Shown piece after piece: positions 9,505 through 20,002 of a stretch of 64,000 nucleotides of DNA. Every line of letters begins with the position of its first letter. Position 1 is the stretch's first letter. Origin of the DNA: Myxococcota bacterium. Its GTDB lineage: Bacteria; Myxococcota_A; Bradymonadia; UBA7976; UBA1532. Made by a program: the position numbers and the translations under genes. The notes beneath the pieces are model-generated. The model ran no database searches and was not told the origin of the DNA. It saw nothing but the letters and a program-made list of their open reading frames with translations. The stretch spans positions 1 to 64,000 of the forward strand of contig JAYZEG010000013.1 in the NCBI GenBank assembly GCA_036337435.1. Direction: 5' to 3'.

Positions 9505-10680
9505 TTAGGTGACGCGGACGACTTCATTGATTGTCGTTATACCGTCTGAGACCAGTTTTAAGCCTTGAAACCTAAGGCCTTGGTGTCCTTTTTGCTGCAG
9601 AAAATCGGCCAGCTGAACCCGACTGGTCTGCTCGGATTTGACCATGTCTTTGAGTTGGTCATCCGCACTGATTAATTCAAAAATGCCGACCCGACCCTGA
9701 TAGCCGGTCTGATTACATTGCTCACATCCCCTGGGCCGCGGAAAATGGCTTATCTCGATACCATGCTCTTCGAAGAGCAGCTTGGATGAGTCATTAACTG
9801 GAGCGAGCTCGCAGCAGTTTTGGCAAATGCGCCGAACAAGCCGTTGTGCAAGCATCCCGTTGATGGCTGATGCAACCACATAGCGCTCCAATCCCATATC
9901 GAATAGCCTGACAAAGGTTTCGATTGCGCTGCTGGTATGAAGCGTCGAAAGAACCAAATGTCCAGTGAGAGCCGCTTTGAATGCAATGTCAGCGGTTTCG
10001 GCATCGCGCATTTCGCCGACCATGATGACATCCGGGTCTTGTCTGAGCATCGCTCTGAGACCTTTGGCGAAGGTAAAACCGATGCGCGGATTGGTTTGCG
10101 CTTGAATGACATGTTCAAATCGATATTCGATGGGATCTTCGAGTGTTGAAATGTTTCGTGTGACAGAGTCGCTCTCTTGCAGGATGGCGTAGAGCGTCGA
10201 TGTCTTACCGCTGCCTGTTGGTCCGGTGACCAGAAGCATGCCGTGGGGATGTTGACTCAATGTTCGGAGTTTGCCCGCGAGATCCTCATTCATGCCCAAT
10301 CCACTCAAGCTCAACCGTTGGTCTTGTTGAGGAAGTAACCTGAGCACCACTTTCTCTCCGTATTCTGTCGGGAACGTCGATAATCGCACATCGACATCTA
10401 CGGCCTCGATGCGAAAACGAAAAGCACCGTCCTGTGGTAATCTTCGCTCGGCTATATCGAGATTGGCCATCACCTTCAGCCGGCTGGCGACTTTTTGTCT
10501 GAATGCACTATCGAATGCTGGTTTTTCAACGAGCAAACCATCCACTCGGAAGCGGACCCGCACGTCTCTTGGTCTTGGTTCAATATGAATATCGCTGGCT
10601 CGGTCGGAATAGGCTCGTGCCAAGATCCGGTCTACGAGAACGACAGTGCTCTTCTCGTCCTGAGTATTCATTTTTTTCAA
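9505..10680 (-). CDS. GspE/PilB-family secretion ATPase, short form
   Basis: ASDIHIEP, ERRLPQDG, Walker A GPTGSGKT, TLEDPIE, LRQDPDVIMVGEMRD, TGHLVLSTLHT, CxxC...CxxC. Confidence 0.92.
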   Translation of the reverse strand: MKKMNTQDEKSTVVLVDRILARAYSDRASDIHIEPRPRDVRVRFRVDGLLVEKPAFDSAFRQKVASRLKVMANLDIAERRLPQDGAFRFRIEAVDVDVRLSTFPTEYGEKVVLRLLPQQDQRLSLSGLGMNEDLAGKLRTLSQHPHGMLLVTGPTGSGKTSTLYAILQESDSVTRNISTLEDPIEYRFEHVIQAQTNPRIGFTFAKGLRAMLRQDPDVIMVGEMRDAETADIAFKAALTGHLVLSTLHTSSAIETFVRLFDMGLERYVVASAINGMLAQRLVRRICQNCCELAPVNDSSKLLFEEHGIEISHFPRPRGCEQCNQTGYQGRVGIFELISADDQLKDMVKSEQTSRVQLADFLQQKGHQGLRFQGLKLVSDGITTINEVVRVT

Positions 10681-11471
10681 TCACCCCCAAGGTCGATAAA
10701 CAAGGCTCCAAAGACAACTTTTATCACATGTTTCAGATGGTCGTGGTCCGCAATCTTGACGTCGGTTAGATCGGGTGTTCTGAAAGACAAGTGTGGGCTG
10801 CAAACCCCGGAATCCTGAAATGGTGTTCTGTCATCTGTCCCGGCGACAGCACGCTTTTTTATCTTTAAAAGGCATTGTTCGACCGAGCTCTTTACGTGGT
10901 CATCTTCCGGCGATGCCAGCCAGGGCCTGGCTTGGTCAGTCCCAATGCAATCGAGTAAGCCAGGACCGGTATGTGCATGCAATACGTCATCAACGGCCAG
11001 CTTCCCGAAGACCGTCGTATAGCCGCCGATCGGCAATTTCTTGAGTGCATGGTTGACTAAAAAAAGTGCCCTTAGGTCGCCGATGTAATCGGTCTCGATG
11101 ATTAATTTTAGTGCTGGCTCCTGCAAGGTGAGAACGGCTGCGCGTCGTTGTTGCAACTCGCCGAGCTCAAAGGGGCTCGCTAAGCCGACGCCGAGACTGC
11201 TCCTCGCTGAGATGAAAAGTCTCATCTGACAAGGCCCACCGAGGACCAGTGTCAGTGCCAATTCTTGAATCTCTACCGTCGGATTGAAATCGCCCATCAA
11301 GTTCCAAAATCGATGCGCGACCAAAGCACCGATGCACTCGGCTTTAGCCGGGTCAAGCCATGGGCGATGACGAACCGGGCGGCTCATGGTTGGGCTGATG
11401 CAGATATGCCGCTGACAGATCGCTTGCGCAAGGGTGGATGGATTAAAGGCGAGGTTGAGAGCGGCTTGCAT
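10677..11471 (-). CDS. Hypothetical protein
   Basis: 264-aa ORF with GAGG SD; its stop overlaps the ATPase start by 4 bp; no recognisable motif. Confidence 0.65.
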   Translation of the reverse strand: MQAALNLAFNPSTLAQAICQRHICISPTMSRPVRHRPWLDPAKAECIGALVAHRFWNLMGDFNPTVEIQELALTLVLGGPCQMRLFISARSSLGVGLASPFELGELQQRRAAVLTLQEPALKLIIETDYIGDLRALFLVNHALKKLPIGGYTTVFGKLAVDDVLHAHTGPGLLDCIGTDQARPWLASPEDDHVKSSVEQCLLKIKKRAVAGTDDRTPFQDSGVCSPHLSFRTPDLTDVKIADHDHLKHVIKVVFGALFIDLGGD

Positions 11472-11516
11472 TCCTCATGGTACCCCGCAGAGTCAAAATG
11501 CTCAACGACCGCTCAA

Positions 11517-14390
11517 TCAGCTAAATTCATCCATGCTTGGACAGGTGCAAATGGGGTTTCTGTCCCCGAATGCATTGTCGACACGGGCGACGGGCGGCCA
11601 GTATTTATGATCGTTCAACCAGGGGGCAGGCCATGCGGCTTGTGTTCTCGAATAGGGCTTTGCCCAGTCTGACTCCGCCAGGGCATGGGCTGTATGCGGC
11701 GCGTTGACCAGCGGGTTATTGCTTTTGTCTCCAGAGCCTGATTCAAGCGTTCTAATTTCACTTCGAATCGCGATCAGCGCATTGCAGAGGCGGTCTAATT
11801 CCTCCCTGGACTCACTCTCCGTCGGTTCGATCATCAGGGTACCCGCAACGGGAAACGACATGGTAGGGGCATGAAACCCATAGTCCATGAGGCGTTTTGC
11901 AATGTCGTCCACTGTGATACCAGCTGTGTTTTTGAAGTGTCGACAGTCAATGATGAACTCATGGGCAACTCGACCATTGGCACCCGTGTAGAGAATGTCG
12001 AAGTGATCCCGAAGCAGTGCAGCCATATAGTTTGCATTCAAAATCGCGAACTCGGTTGCCTGTCTGAGACCGGCTTCGCCCATCATGGCAATGTACGAAT
12101 AGGAGATCGGTAAGATGGATGGACTGCCGTAGGGCGCAGCCGAGATCGCCCCCGTCGCTCGTTCATCTCCTTCCTGCCCCGCTTTGTGTCCGGGCAGAAA
12201 GGGCAAAAGCGCGTCGACGACTCCGATTGGACCCATACCTGGACCACCCCCTCCGTGGGGTATGCAAAACGTTTTGTGCAAGTTTAGGTGACAGACGTCG
12301 GGACCAAAATCCCCGGGTCGACAGAGGCCGACTTGCGCGTTCATGTTGGCACCGTCCATATAGACCATCCCACCGTGTTCATGAATCACAGAGCAGATGT
12401 GGCTTATTGATTCTTCAAACACGCCGTGTGTCGACGGATAGGTCACCATCAGAGCAGCGAGCTTGTCCGCGTGCTGCTTCGCACGTTCTTCTAAATCAGC
12501 AACGTCGATGTCGCCCCGCTCGTTGCATTTCACGGCGACCACCTTCATGCCTGCCATGACAGCACTGGCGGGATTGGTTCCATGAGCAGATGTTGGAATG
12601 AGGCACACGTTCCTCGCCTGGTCACCACGCGCCTGATGGTAGGCTCGAATCACTAACAAACCAGCATACTCGCCCTGTGAACCCGCGTTGGGCTGGAGAG
12701 ATACACCCGCAAAGCCAGTGATCTCAGCGAGCCATGCTTCGAGATTGGAAAAGAGTTCCCGATAACCCGCCCACTGTGATTTTGGTGCGAAGGGATGAAT
12801 TTGACCAAACTCAGGCCAAGTGACTGGAAGCATCTCCGTGGTGGCATTCAGCTTCATGGTACATGACCCCAGGGGGATCATCGAGGTTGTCAAGCTCAGA
12901 TCTTTTGCTTGTAACCGGTTTATATAGCGGAGCATTTCATGTTCAGCCTGATAGCGATTGAACACGGGATGCGTCAGATAATCGCTCGTCCGAGACACGT
13001 TTTCCGATAGCTCGATGGATGCACCCGCCGCTGCAGCGTCGATATCAACGGGCGTCTTGTCGACGTTTAAGGCGGTGACCAAAGCCTTCACCTCGGGCAA
13101 CGTTGAGCGTTCATCCAATGAGATTCCAACATGATTCGGGTCGATGAGGCGAAGATTAAACCCATGGTCACATGCGCGGTCGACGCACGCCTGCGCATCG
13201 GCTGTCTGAATACAAAGAGTGTCGAAATGGGGCGATTGTCCGAATTGGAAGCCAATGGATGACAGGGCCGCCTTAAGCGTGTTGGTCAAGCCCGTGACCC
13301 GCTGGGCGATCGCCTTGATTCCTTTAGGCCCATGGTATACGGCATACATGCTCGCCATGATGGCCAGCAGCACTTGTGCGGTGCAGATGTTACTGGTTGC
13401 CCGATCTCGCCGAATGTGTTGTTCCCGCGTTTGTAACGCCAGCCTGTAGGCGGGCCGGTCATCACTGTCTTTTGACACACCGATGATTCGTCCAGGCATC
13501 AGCCGCCTGTTTTTGTCGTGTGTGGCGATAAACGCCGCGTGAGGGCCACCGAGTCCGAGTGGGACACCAAAGCGCTGGGTGTTGCCAATGGCAATGTCCG
13601 CGCCCATTTCTCCTGGCGACTTCATGAGCGCCAGTGCCAACAGGTCGGTTGCGACCACGCTGAGCGTACCCGCAGCCTTCGCCCTTGCGATATGTTCACT
13701 GGGGTCGATGATCCGACCTCGCGTGTCAGGACATTGAACCAGGAGCCCGAAATACGCTTCGCTGGCGAAGTCGACCTCTGCGATACAGCCCACCTGTATT
13801 TCGATGTTTAATGGTTCTGCACGCGTATTAATGACTTCTATCGTCTGCGGATGGCAGCTCTCATCGACGAAAAATACGGACCGCTTCCCGCGTGTGATCG
13901 CACGACACATGGCCATGGCTTCGGCTGCCGCAGTGCCTTCGTCCAAGAGCGACGAGTTTGACATGGGCAGGCCGGTCAGGTCGGCAACCATCGTCTGAAA
14001 ATTCAGAAGTGCTTCGAGACGGCCTTGGGAAATCTCAGCCTGATAGGGTGTGTATTGTGTATACCAACCCGGGCTTTCCAGCACGTTTCTTTGGATGACC
14101 GGAGGCGTGACGCAGTCGTAGTAGCCCATGCCGATGAGCGACCGCACGACCGTATTCTTTGCTGCCAACGACCGCATATGTGCGATGACCTCGGTCTCGC
14201 TCATTGCGTCGGGCAGCTCCAGAGGTGCTTTAAGTCTGATGGCAGCTGGAATTGTCTCGTTAATGAGGTCGTCGATGCTTGCGACGCCAATGGTCTGTAG
14301 CATCGATTCGACATCGGAAAGGCGGGGTCCGAGATGACGATGGTCAAACCGGTCCGCGGCCGTGAGCAGAGATTGCAGAGATTCGGTCAT
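11517..14390 (-). CDS. gcvP: Glycine dehydrogenase (decarboxylating), single-chain P protein
   Basis: YTPYQAEISQGRLE, RATSNICTAQ, PLGSCTMKLN, PLP motif HLNLHKTFCIPHGGGGPG; start MTESL with GGGAG SD. Confidence 0.97.
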   Translation of the reverse strand: MTESLQSLLTAADRFDHRHLGPRLSDVESMLQTIGVASIDDLINETIPAAIRLKAPLELPDAMSETEVIAHMRSLAAKNTVVRSLIGMGYYDCVTPPVIQRNVLESPGWYTQYTPYQAEISQGRLEALLNFQTMVADLTGLPMSNSSLLDEGTAAAEAMAMCRAITRGKRSVFFVDESCHPQTIEVINTRAEPLNIEIQVGCIAEVDFASEAYFGLLVQCPDTRGRIIDPSEHIARAKAAGTLSVVATDLLALALMKSPGEMGADIAIGNTQRFGVPLGLGGPHAAFIATHDKNRRLMPGRIIGVSKDSDDRPAYRLALQTREQHIRRDRATSNICTAQVLLAIMASMYAVYHGPKGIKAIAQRVTGLTNTLKAALSSIGFQFGQSPHFDTLCIQTADAQACVDRACDHGFNLRLIDPNHVGISLDERSTLPEVKALVTALNVDKTPVDIDAAAAGASIELSENVSRTSDYLTHPVFNRYQAEHEMLRYINRLQAKDLSLTTSMIPLGSCTMKLNATTEMLPVTWPEFGQIHPFAPKSQWAGYRELFSNLEAWLAEITGFAGVSLQPNAGSQGEYAGLLVIRAYHQARGDQARNVCLIPTSAHGTNPASAVMAGMKVVAVKCNERGDIDVADLEERAKQHADKLAALMVTYPSTHGVFEESISHICSVIHEHGGMVYMDGANMNAQVGLCRPGDFGPDVCHLNLHKTFCIPHGGGGPGMGPIGVVDALLPFLPGHKAGQEGDERATGAISAAPYGSPSILPISYSYIAMMGEAGLRQATEFAILNANYMAALLRDHFDILYTGANGRVAHEFIIDCRHFKNTAGITVDDIAKRLMDYGFHAPTMSFPVAGTLMIEPTESESREELDRLCNALIAIRSEIRTLESGSGDKSNNPLVNAPHTAHALAESDWAKPYSRTQAAWPAPWLNDHKYWPPVARVDNAFGDRNPICTCPSMDEFS

Positions 14391-14651
14391 TCTGGCACTC
14401 CCAACACAGGTTGATTGCGGGCGGACAATAGACGCAAATGAATTCAAAGACTAGCGCTATTCGTACTGTTTCTAAGAGGGCTTTTGTTTGGTTTGTGTTA
14501 CCGCTGTCGCGCTTAAAATGCCGGAACAGGTGCGGACGTTCCGAGGGCGCGCAGCTCTTCGTCCTAAAACCGAAGTCCGAAGCGGGCGAAAACGGCTTGC
14601 TTGGCTGTTTCTTAGTACGCTTTTTTTTGCTTAGTTTTGATGCCGCCGCGC

Positions 14652-16139
14652 TTAGAACGCCGGGACGGGCGCTGTCGTTAAGATAGCACGCAGATCTTCG
14701 TCGTTAAATCGAAGTCCGAAGCCGATGAAAACGTCTCTCAATTCATCGTTCCAAATCTCATCTATGCCCGCGGTGAGATAAATGTGGCTGAAGAAATTAT
14801 AGGTGCCCCAAACTCGCATTCGAGGATTCACATTGGCATCGAAAGCGAAGATGTCCGCCGAGACTTCCAGTGCATCATTGAGAAGATGAGTATCAACGCC
14901 CAGACCACCCGTATTTTCAATGATGCCGATCCGGCCGGTCGCTAGCCAGAACCGTTTCGCAAATTGAAGGGACAGTCTGAATCGATCTTCAGTGAGCGTC
15001 TCGGATTCTCGAATGACCGGATCCAACTCAGAGTTGCTGGTGTTGGTCACTGTTTCACGGTAGCGAGTCAGCCCTCTCGGATCATCGATCAGTGAGAGTG
15101 TGTAGTACTTGTCCGGACGCGGTTGTAGCCTGACTTCCAAGGCATTTCTGACCGTCCCTCGATTGGTGTAGACATCACTGCGCATGCCGACAACGGTTTG
15201 TAAGCGTGTGATCTGCTTTACAAAGGTCCCTGACTCCTCCATCAAGGTGTTCATGTTCTTAGCCAATTGGCCGTCATTGATCAGCTGACTCAATGTGCCA
15301 TCTCCCGTGTCGATCTTTTTGGCGATTGACTTGGTGTGGACTAAGGTTCCATCGAGCTTATCTAAGGCGACTTGCAAGCGTCCGACCGCCCCTTTGATGC
15401 CTTCGAATCCACTTTGAACATTCTCGGTATTGTCGCCGATGATATTCTTCACGTTTCGAACAATTTTATGGACATCGGCTAAAATTCGGCGTGTGGCAGT
15501 CGAGAAGTTGCCTGTAAAGATCTTCGCGCCCTTAGTGACTTCGATTACGTTATCTACGACCACATCAAATTTGCCGGCGTTTCGTCCAATGGCGTTTTTG
15601 ATGTCAACAGAGACCTGTTCAAAACTCTCCAGAATTCGAATTAATCGACGCTGGCCTTCTTTCCCACCCACAACATTTTTTAAACTCTCCGTGATCTCGA
15701 TGATGTTTTTCGAAATCCCTTTCAGATCGTTCATCAGCTCCGCGGGTGCCGTATCGTAGTCGACATGTTTGATCTCGCCGCCATGAGGCAATGGCTCGCC
15801 CAGATAGCCCGGTGTCAATTGTAGAAAGTACTCTCCCAATAAACTGGCTTGCCTCTTTGCGATGCGCGCATCTGTCTTTAGCTGCGTGGTCAATGTTAAC
15901 CACACCTTCGCTTTCGTCCCAGCCAATTCGATTTTCTTGATTTGGCCAACATTAATGCCGGCGATGGTGACGCGGGACTTTTCTGCGAGTCCACCCACGT
16001 CGTCGAAAATAGCGAAGACGTCATAGCCTTTTTGTGAATCACCCACGCCTTCTCTGACTTGGCCGAACATCCAAACGAATGAAACCAGCGAGACGATGAC
16101 CAAGAGGCCAACTTTGAATGGTGTGATGATCTCTTTCAT
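14652..16139 (-). CDS. mlaD: Long MCE/MlaD-family protein
   Basis: N-terminal TM (FKVGLLVIVSL), MCE motif FDDVGGL..V..AGINVG.I and SLLGEYFLQLTPG, long helical region, beta-rich C-terminus. Confidence 0.88.
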   Translation of the reverse strand: MKEIITPFKVGLLVIVSLVSFVWMFGQVREGVGDSQKGYDVFAIFDDVGGLAEKSRVTIAGINVGQIKKIELAGTKAKVWLTLTTQLKTDARIAKRQASLLGEYFLQLTPGYLGEPLPHGGEIKHVDYDTAPAELMNDLKGISKNIIEITESLKNVVGGKEGQRRLIRILESFEQVSVDIKNAIGRNAGKFDVVVDNVIEVTKGAKIFTGNFSTATRRILADVHKIVRNVKNIIGDNTENVQSGFEGIKGAVGRLQVALDKLDGTLVHTKSIAKKIDTGDGTLSQLINDGQLAKNMNTLMEESGTFVKQITRLQTVVGMRSDVYTNRGTVRNALEVRLQPRPDKYYTLSLIDDPRGLTRYRETVTNTSNSELDPVIRESETLTEDRFRLSLQFAKRFWLATGRIGIIENTGGLGVDTHLLNDALEVSADIFAFDANVNPRMRVWGTYNFFSHIYLTAGIDEIWNDELRDVFIGFGLRFNDEDLRAILTTAPVPAF

Positions 16140-16149
16140 ACCACCGACC

Positions 16150-16941
16150 TTACTGGAACATCATGGCGGTGAGAAAATAATCAGCGACTAAAATCAAGAC
16201 ACTCGACAAGACGACCGATTGAGTGGTCGCAAGTCCGACACCCCGAGCACCACCGGATGCATAGAAGCCTTTATAGCAACCGACCATTGTCAGGATGCCG
16301 CCGAAGGCACAGGCCTTGACCAATCCATTAATGAGATCTTTTGGATCGACAAACCATTGCACCTTACTGATGAAAATACCCGGGTCGATGTTGAGTAGAA
16401 CCACGCCCACGAAGTAGCAGCCGCCCATGCCGACCAGCGTGAATAGCACGCTCAGCAAGGGCACCATCACGAGGCCCGCGATAACTCGAGGCACGATCAG
16501 ATATTGGACAGGATTGACGGCCATTGTGTAGAGCGCGTCAATCTGCTCCGTTACCCGCATGGTGCCCAGTTCCGTCGCGATTCCGCTGCCTGCTCGGCCC
16601 GTGACCATGAGGCCAGTCAAGACCGGCGATAATTCTCGTGCCAGTGAAATACCCACAGTGGGTCCAACCAAACTTTCTGCGTTAAACATCCGAAATGCGC
16701 CGGCTCCCTGTAGTGCGAAGACGGCACCAGTGAAGAGCCCGGTCAAGAGTACGATGAAGATGCTGCCAACGCCGACGAATTCCATTGCATTGAACAATTG
16801 CTTAAGCCGATAGGGGGGTCTAAATGTCCATGATAAGGTCTCAGCGCAAAGCATGGCTGCGCGACCGGTCCCTTCCGTGCCTTGTATGACCCAGCGGCCA
16901 ATTGACTCTGTAAACCCACGCACTCGCTCTGGCTCTCTCAT
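16150..16941 (-). CDS. mlaE: MlaE-family ABC transporter permease
   Basis: RELSPVLTGLMVTGRAGSGIATELGTMRVTEQIDAL; GGARGVGLATTQSVV. Confidence 0.93.
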   Translation of the reverse strand: MREPERVRGFTESIGRWVIQGTEGTGRAAMLCAETLSWTFRPPYRLKQLFNAMEFVGVGSIFIVLLTGLFTGAVFALQGAGAFRMFNAESLVGPTVGISLARELSPVLTGLMVTGRAGSGIATELGTMRVTEQIDALYTMAVNPVQYLIVPRVIAGLVMVPLLSVLFTLVGMGGCYFVGVVLLNIDPGIFISKVQWFVDPKDLINGLVKACAFGGILTMVGCYKGFYASGGARGVGLATTQSVVLSSVLILVADYFLTAMMFQ

Positions 16942-16966
16942 GTAATATTTTTCAGCACTATGTAGG

Positions 16967-16994
16967 ATTATGCTTACATTTTTAGCGGCGTCAA
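16967..16994 (-). promoter_or_regulatory. Sigma70-like promoter for mlaE-mlaD
   Basis: Minus strand TTGACG-16 bp-CATAAT, ending 25 bp upstream of the mlaE ATG. Confidence 0.5.
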
Positions 16995-17062
16995 TTTCGC
17001 GGAAATCTTTCTCTCCGTTTATACTGTTGCCGAGTGTGGGCATCTACGGAGATAAATCGCCT

Positions 17063-18430
17063 ATGAAGACCCTGATCATTGGTGGCGGTGTGGTCGGCTA
17101 TAACATCGCATCACGATTGGTAGAAGAAGGCCACGATGTGACCGTTGTGGATGACGATCTCAATGCGCTCGAGCGCATTGATAGTCATCTTGATGTCAGT
17201 ATCATTCGTGGTTTTGGATCGCGGCCAGATGTGCTTGCACAGGCCGATGTCAAGGCGGTCGAGATGATCGTTGCGGTGACCAACTCTGATGAAGTCAACA
17301 TGGTTGCCTGTATGAATGCCGGCCTGATGAGCCAAACTCCAGTGGTCAAAGTTGCACGCGTTCGTGACCCGAGCTACACCGACGACCAATTCTTAGAGGA
17401 TGCCACTTACGGAATCGACTTGATGCTGAACCCAGAACAAGTGACGGCCGACCGGATTCTAAATTTATTGCGGTATCCTGGGATTACGGACGTGTCTGAT
17501 TTTGCAGACGGTCAGGTGAAATTGATTGGCATACGAATTACGCCGACCTCCCCATTTTCGGGTTTGCGCCTGATGGAATTGAGTGAGCGATTTCCCGATG
17601 CCGGTTTCATTGTTGGTGCCGTGGTGCGTGCAGGAGACGTCATCATTCCGCGGGGAGAAACCGTCATTTTACCGGGCGACGAAGTCTATCTGGTGACCGC
17701 CATAGAAGATGTCGATGAGGCACTTGGTTCGGCTGGACTGGTCACAACCCCTGTGCGCCGTGTGATGATTCTGGGCGGGGGACGAATCGCTGAATTTCTC
17801 GCTTTAGGTCTTGAAGCGAGAGGAATTAAGCCGAAAATTATTGAGCCGAATCGGGAGCGGGCCGTTGCGCTGGCTGATCGTCTGCCCGACACCACTGTCA
17901 TTCATGGTAGCCCGACGGACGCGGACCTTCTCATGGAGGAGAATGCCGGTGAAATGCAAGCCGTCGTGATTTGTTCAGCCAGCGAGGAAACCAATCTAAT
18001 GGCTGCTTTGCTCGCACATCAGATGGGACCAAGTCGCATTATTGCCATCACCAATGTTGTTGAATATCGCTCTCTCATAAAGACCGTTGGTATCGATGCT
18101 TGCTTGTCTCCAAGATTAATCGCTGTCAGTGCCATCCTTCGCTTCATTCGAAAGGGTCGGGTTGTCGCGGTCCAAGCACTTGGCGATGGCGATGCAGCGG
18201 AGGTTCTCGAATTTGAAGCCCAACTGTCCAGTGAAGCAGTCGGGCGCGAACTGAGAGAATTGCGAGTGCCCCGTGGTGCTTTAATCGCTGCCATTGTACG
18301 CAACGAAACGGTGTTGATCCCTCGCGGGGCCACAGTCATCGAGGAGGGGGATCACATTGTTGTACTCGCCCAGAAAGAGGCCGTTGGTTCTGTATCCCAA
18401 CTCCTGCGTTCGCAGGAGGCGGGTGCTTAA
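17063..18430 (+). CDS. trkA: Trk potassium uptake system NAD-binding subunit
   Basis: Two RCK_N/RCK_C pairs (IIGGGVVG; VMILGGGRIA), AVTNSDEVNMVAC; GGAG SD. Confidence 0.93.
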   Translation: MKTLIIGGGVVGYNIASRLVEEGHDVTVVDDDLNALERIDSHLDVSIIRGFGSRPDVLAQADVKAVEMIVAVTNSDEVNMVACMNAGLMSQTPVVKVARVRDPSYTDDQFLEDATYGIDLMLNPEQVTADRILNLLRYPGITDVSDFADGQVKLIGIRITPTSPFSGLRLMELSERFPDAGFIVGAVVRAGDVIIPRGETVILPGDEVYLVTAIEDVDEALGSAGLVTTPVRRVMILGGGRIAEFLALGLEARGIKPKIIEPNRERAVALADRLPDTTVIHGSPTDADLLMEENAGEMQAVVICSASEETNLMAALLAHQMGPSRIIAITNVVEYRSLIKTVGIDACLSPRLIAVSAILRFIRKGRVVAVQALGDGDAAEVLEFEAQLSSEAVGRELRELRVPRGALIAAIVRNETVLIPRGATVIEEGDHIVVLAQKEAVGSVSQLLRSQEAGA

Positions 18431-20002
18431 ATGTCATCCCCCAATGCATATTGGCGCCAACGACTGAGCCTGATTTTAAATTTGCTTGGTGCAATGACGA
18501 TGGCCCTCGGTGTGGCGATGATCCCATCGTTCATCTACAGCTACATTGACCATTCACCAGACCTGCCGTCTTTTTTGGCATCGATCACCCTGAGTCTAGT
18601 CGGTGGCGGCCTGCTGTTCCTTTTGACAAAACGGGCGGCCAAGACATCCCATGTTGGGCATCGCGAAGGCTTTTTAATCGTTGGCTTAGGCTGGCTTTGT
18701 GCGGGGCTTGTTGGTGCTCTTCCATTTTATCTGTATCCGCACCTCGCGGAGGTCAGCTACTGCGTCGATTACGACCCCACCCTGGTTGGTGCTGGATTTT
18801 GCAGCTTCACCAACTCGGCTTTTGAGTCCATTTCTGGTTTTACAACAACGGGCGCGACCATCATTACCGACGGACTGTGGGGGTCTCCTGGCTTTACCCC
18901 CGACGGCCGGGTTGGTCTGCCGAGAGGCATTTTGCTTTGGCGGGCCATGACCCAATTCTTGGGCGGGATGGGCTTGATTGTCTTAGGCGTCGCCATCCTG
19001 CCGCTCCTGGGCATTGGGGGCATGCAATTGTTCAAAGCCGAGGTGCCTGGTCCACAGGCGGATAAAATAGCCCCGCGTATCGGTCAGACGGCCAAATTAC
19101 TTTGGCGAATCTATCTCGGGCTCTCACTTGTTTGTCTGCTTCTCTTGCTCTTGGGCGGGCTCAGTTTCTACGAGGCTCTCACCCATACCTTTACGACTAT
19201 GGCGACGGGCGGTTTCAGTACACGGGCGACCAGTATCGCGAGTTTTGACAGCGCCTATATTGAATGGGTTGTCATTCTATTCATGTTCATCGGTGGGACT
19301 AATTTCGCGCTCCATTTTTTCGCGCTCACGGGGCGCATCCAGGTCTATGGTAAAGACGCCGAATGGAGGGCGTTCGTAGGCATCATTGTTCTCGCGACCA
19401 CGCTGGTATTTTTGGGCGCTGCGACCGATGATGGCTCATCGCAGTCTGCGCCCGGTGTTCGGACGAGTCTGTTCCAAGTGCTCTCAATCATCACAACGAC
19501 AGGCTTCGCCAGTGCGAACTTTGAGTTATGGGGTGACCTAGCCGTCATGACCTTAATCGGCTTGATGTTTGTGGGTGGCATGGCAGGCTCTACGTCTGGC
19601 GGGTTTAAAGTCGTCAGGCACTTATTGATTTTTCGCACATGGACCAGAGATCTATTTTTCTTGATCCATCCAGGTGGGATTAGGCCCATCCGACTCGGAG
19701 ACCGAATCGTTCCCCAAGACGTCATCCGGGCCGTCGCTGCTTTCGCCGGCGCCTATTTCACCCTCTTTGTCCTCGGTGCGGCCTTTTTCTGCGTCGACGG
19801 ACAAGACCTCATGACTGCCTTTACTTGCAGTGCTGCGACGTTGGGTAATGTGGGCCCTGGCTTTGGGGCCATTGGACCTTATGATAACTTTGCTGGTTTG
19901 AGCGATTTGTCGAAATGGGTTTCCTGTTTGTTTATGTTGCTCGGCCGCCTCGAGCTGTTCACGTTGCTGGTCTTATTGAGCCCCACTTTTTGGCGTCGCT
20001 GA
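18431..20002 (+). CDS. trkH: Trk potassium uptake membrane subunit
   Basis: FESISGFTTTGAT, TMATGGFST, SIITTTGF, LGNVGPG, LLGRLE. Confidence 0.95.
   Translation: MSSPNAYWRQRLSLILNLLGAMTMALGVAMIPSFIYSYIDHSPDLPSFLASITLSLVGGGLLFLLTKRAAKTSHVGHREGFLIVGLGWLCAGLVGALPFYLYPHLAEVSYCVDYDPTLVGAGFCSFTNSAFESISGFTTTGATIITDGLWGSPGFTPDGRVGLPRGILLWRAMTQFLGGMGLIVLGVAILPLLGIGGMQLFKAEVPGPQADKIAPRIGQTAKLLWRIYLGLSLVCLLLLLLGGLSFYEALTHTFTTMATGGFSTRATSIASFDSAYIEWVVILFMFIGGTNFALHFFALTGRIQVYGKDAEWRAFVGIIVLATTLVFLGAATDDGSSQSAPGVRTSLFQVLSIITTTGFASANFELWGDLAVMTLIGLMFVGGMAGSTSGGFKVVRHLLIFRTWTRDLFFLIHPGGIRPIRLGDRIVPQDVIRAVAAFAGAYFTLFVLGAAFFCVDGQDLMTAFTCSAATLGNVGPGFGAIGPYDNFAGLSDLSKWVSCLFMLLGRLELFTLLVLLSPTFWRR

Noticed and set aside
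14391..14651. Glycine riboswitch upstream of gcvP
   Set aside because: No GGAGA...CCGAAG...CTCTCAGG-type conserved elements were seen on the minus strand.
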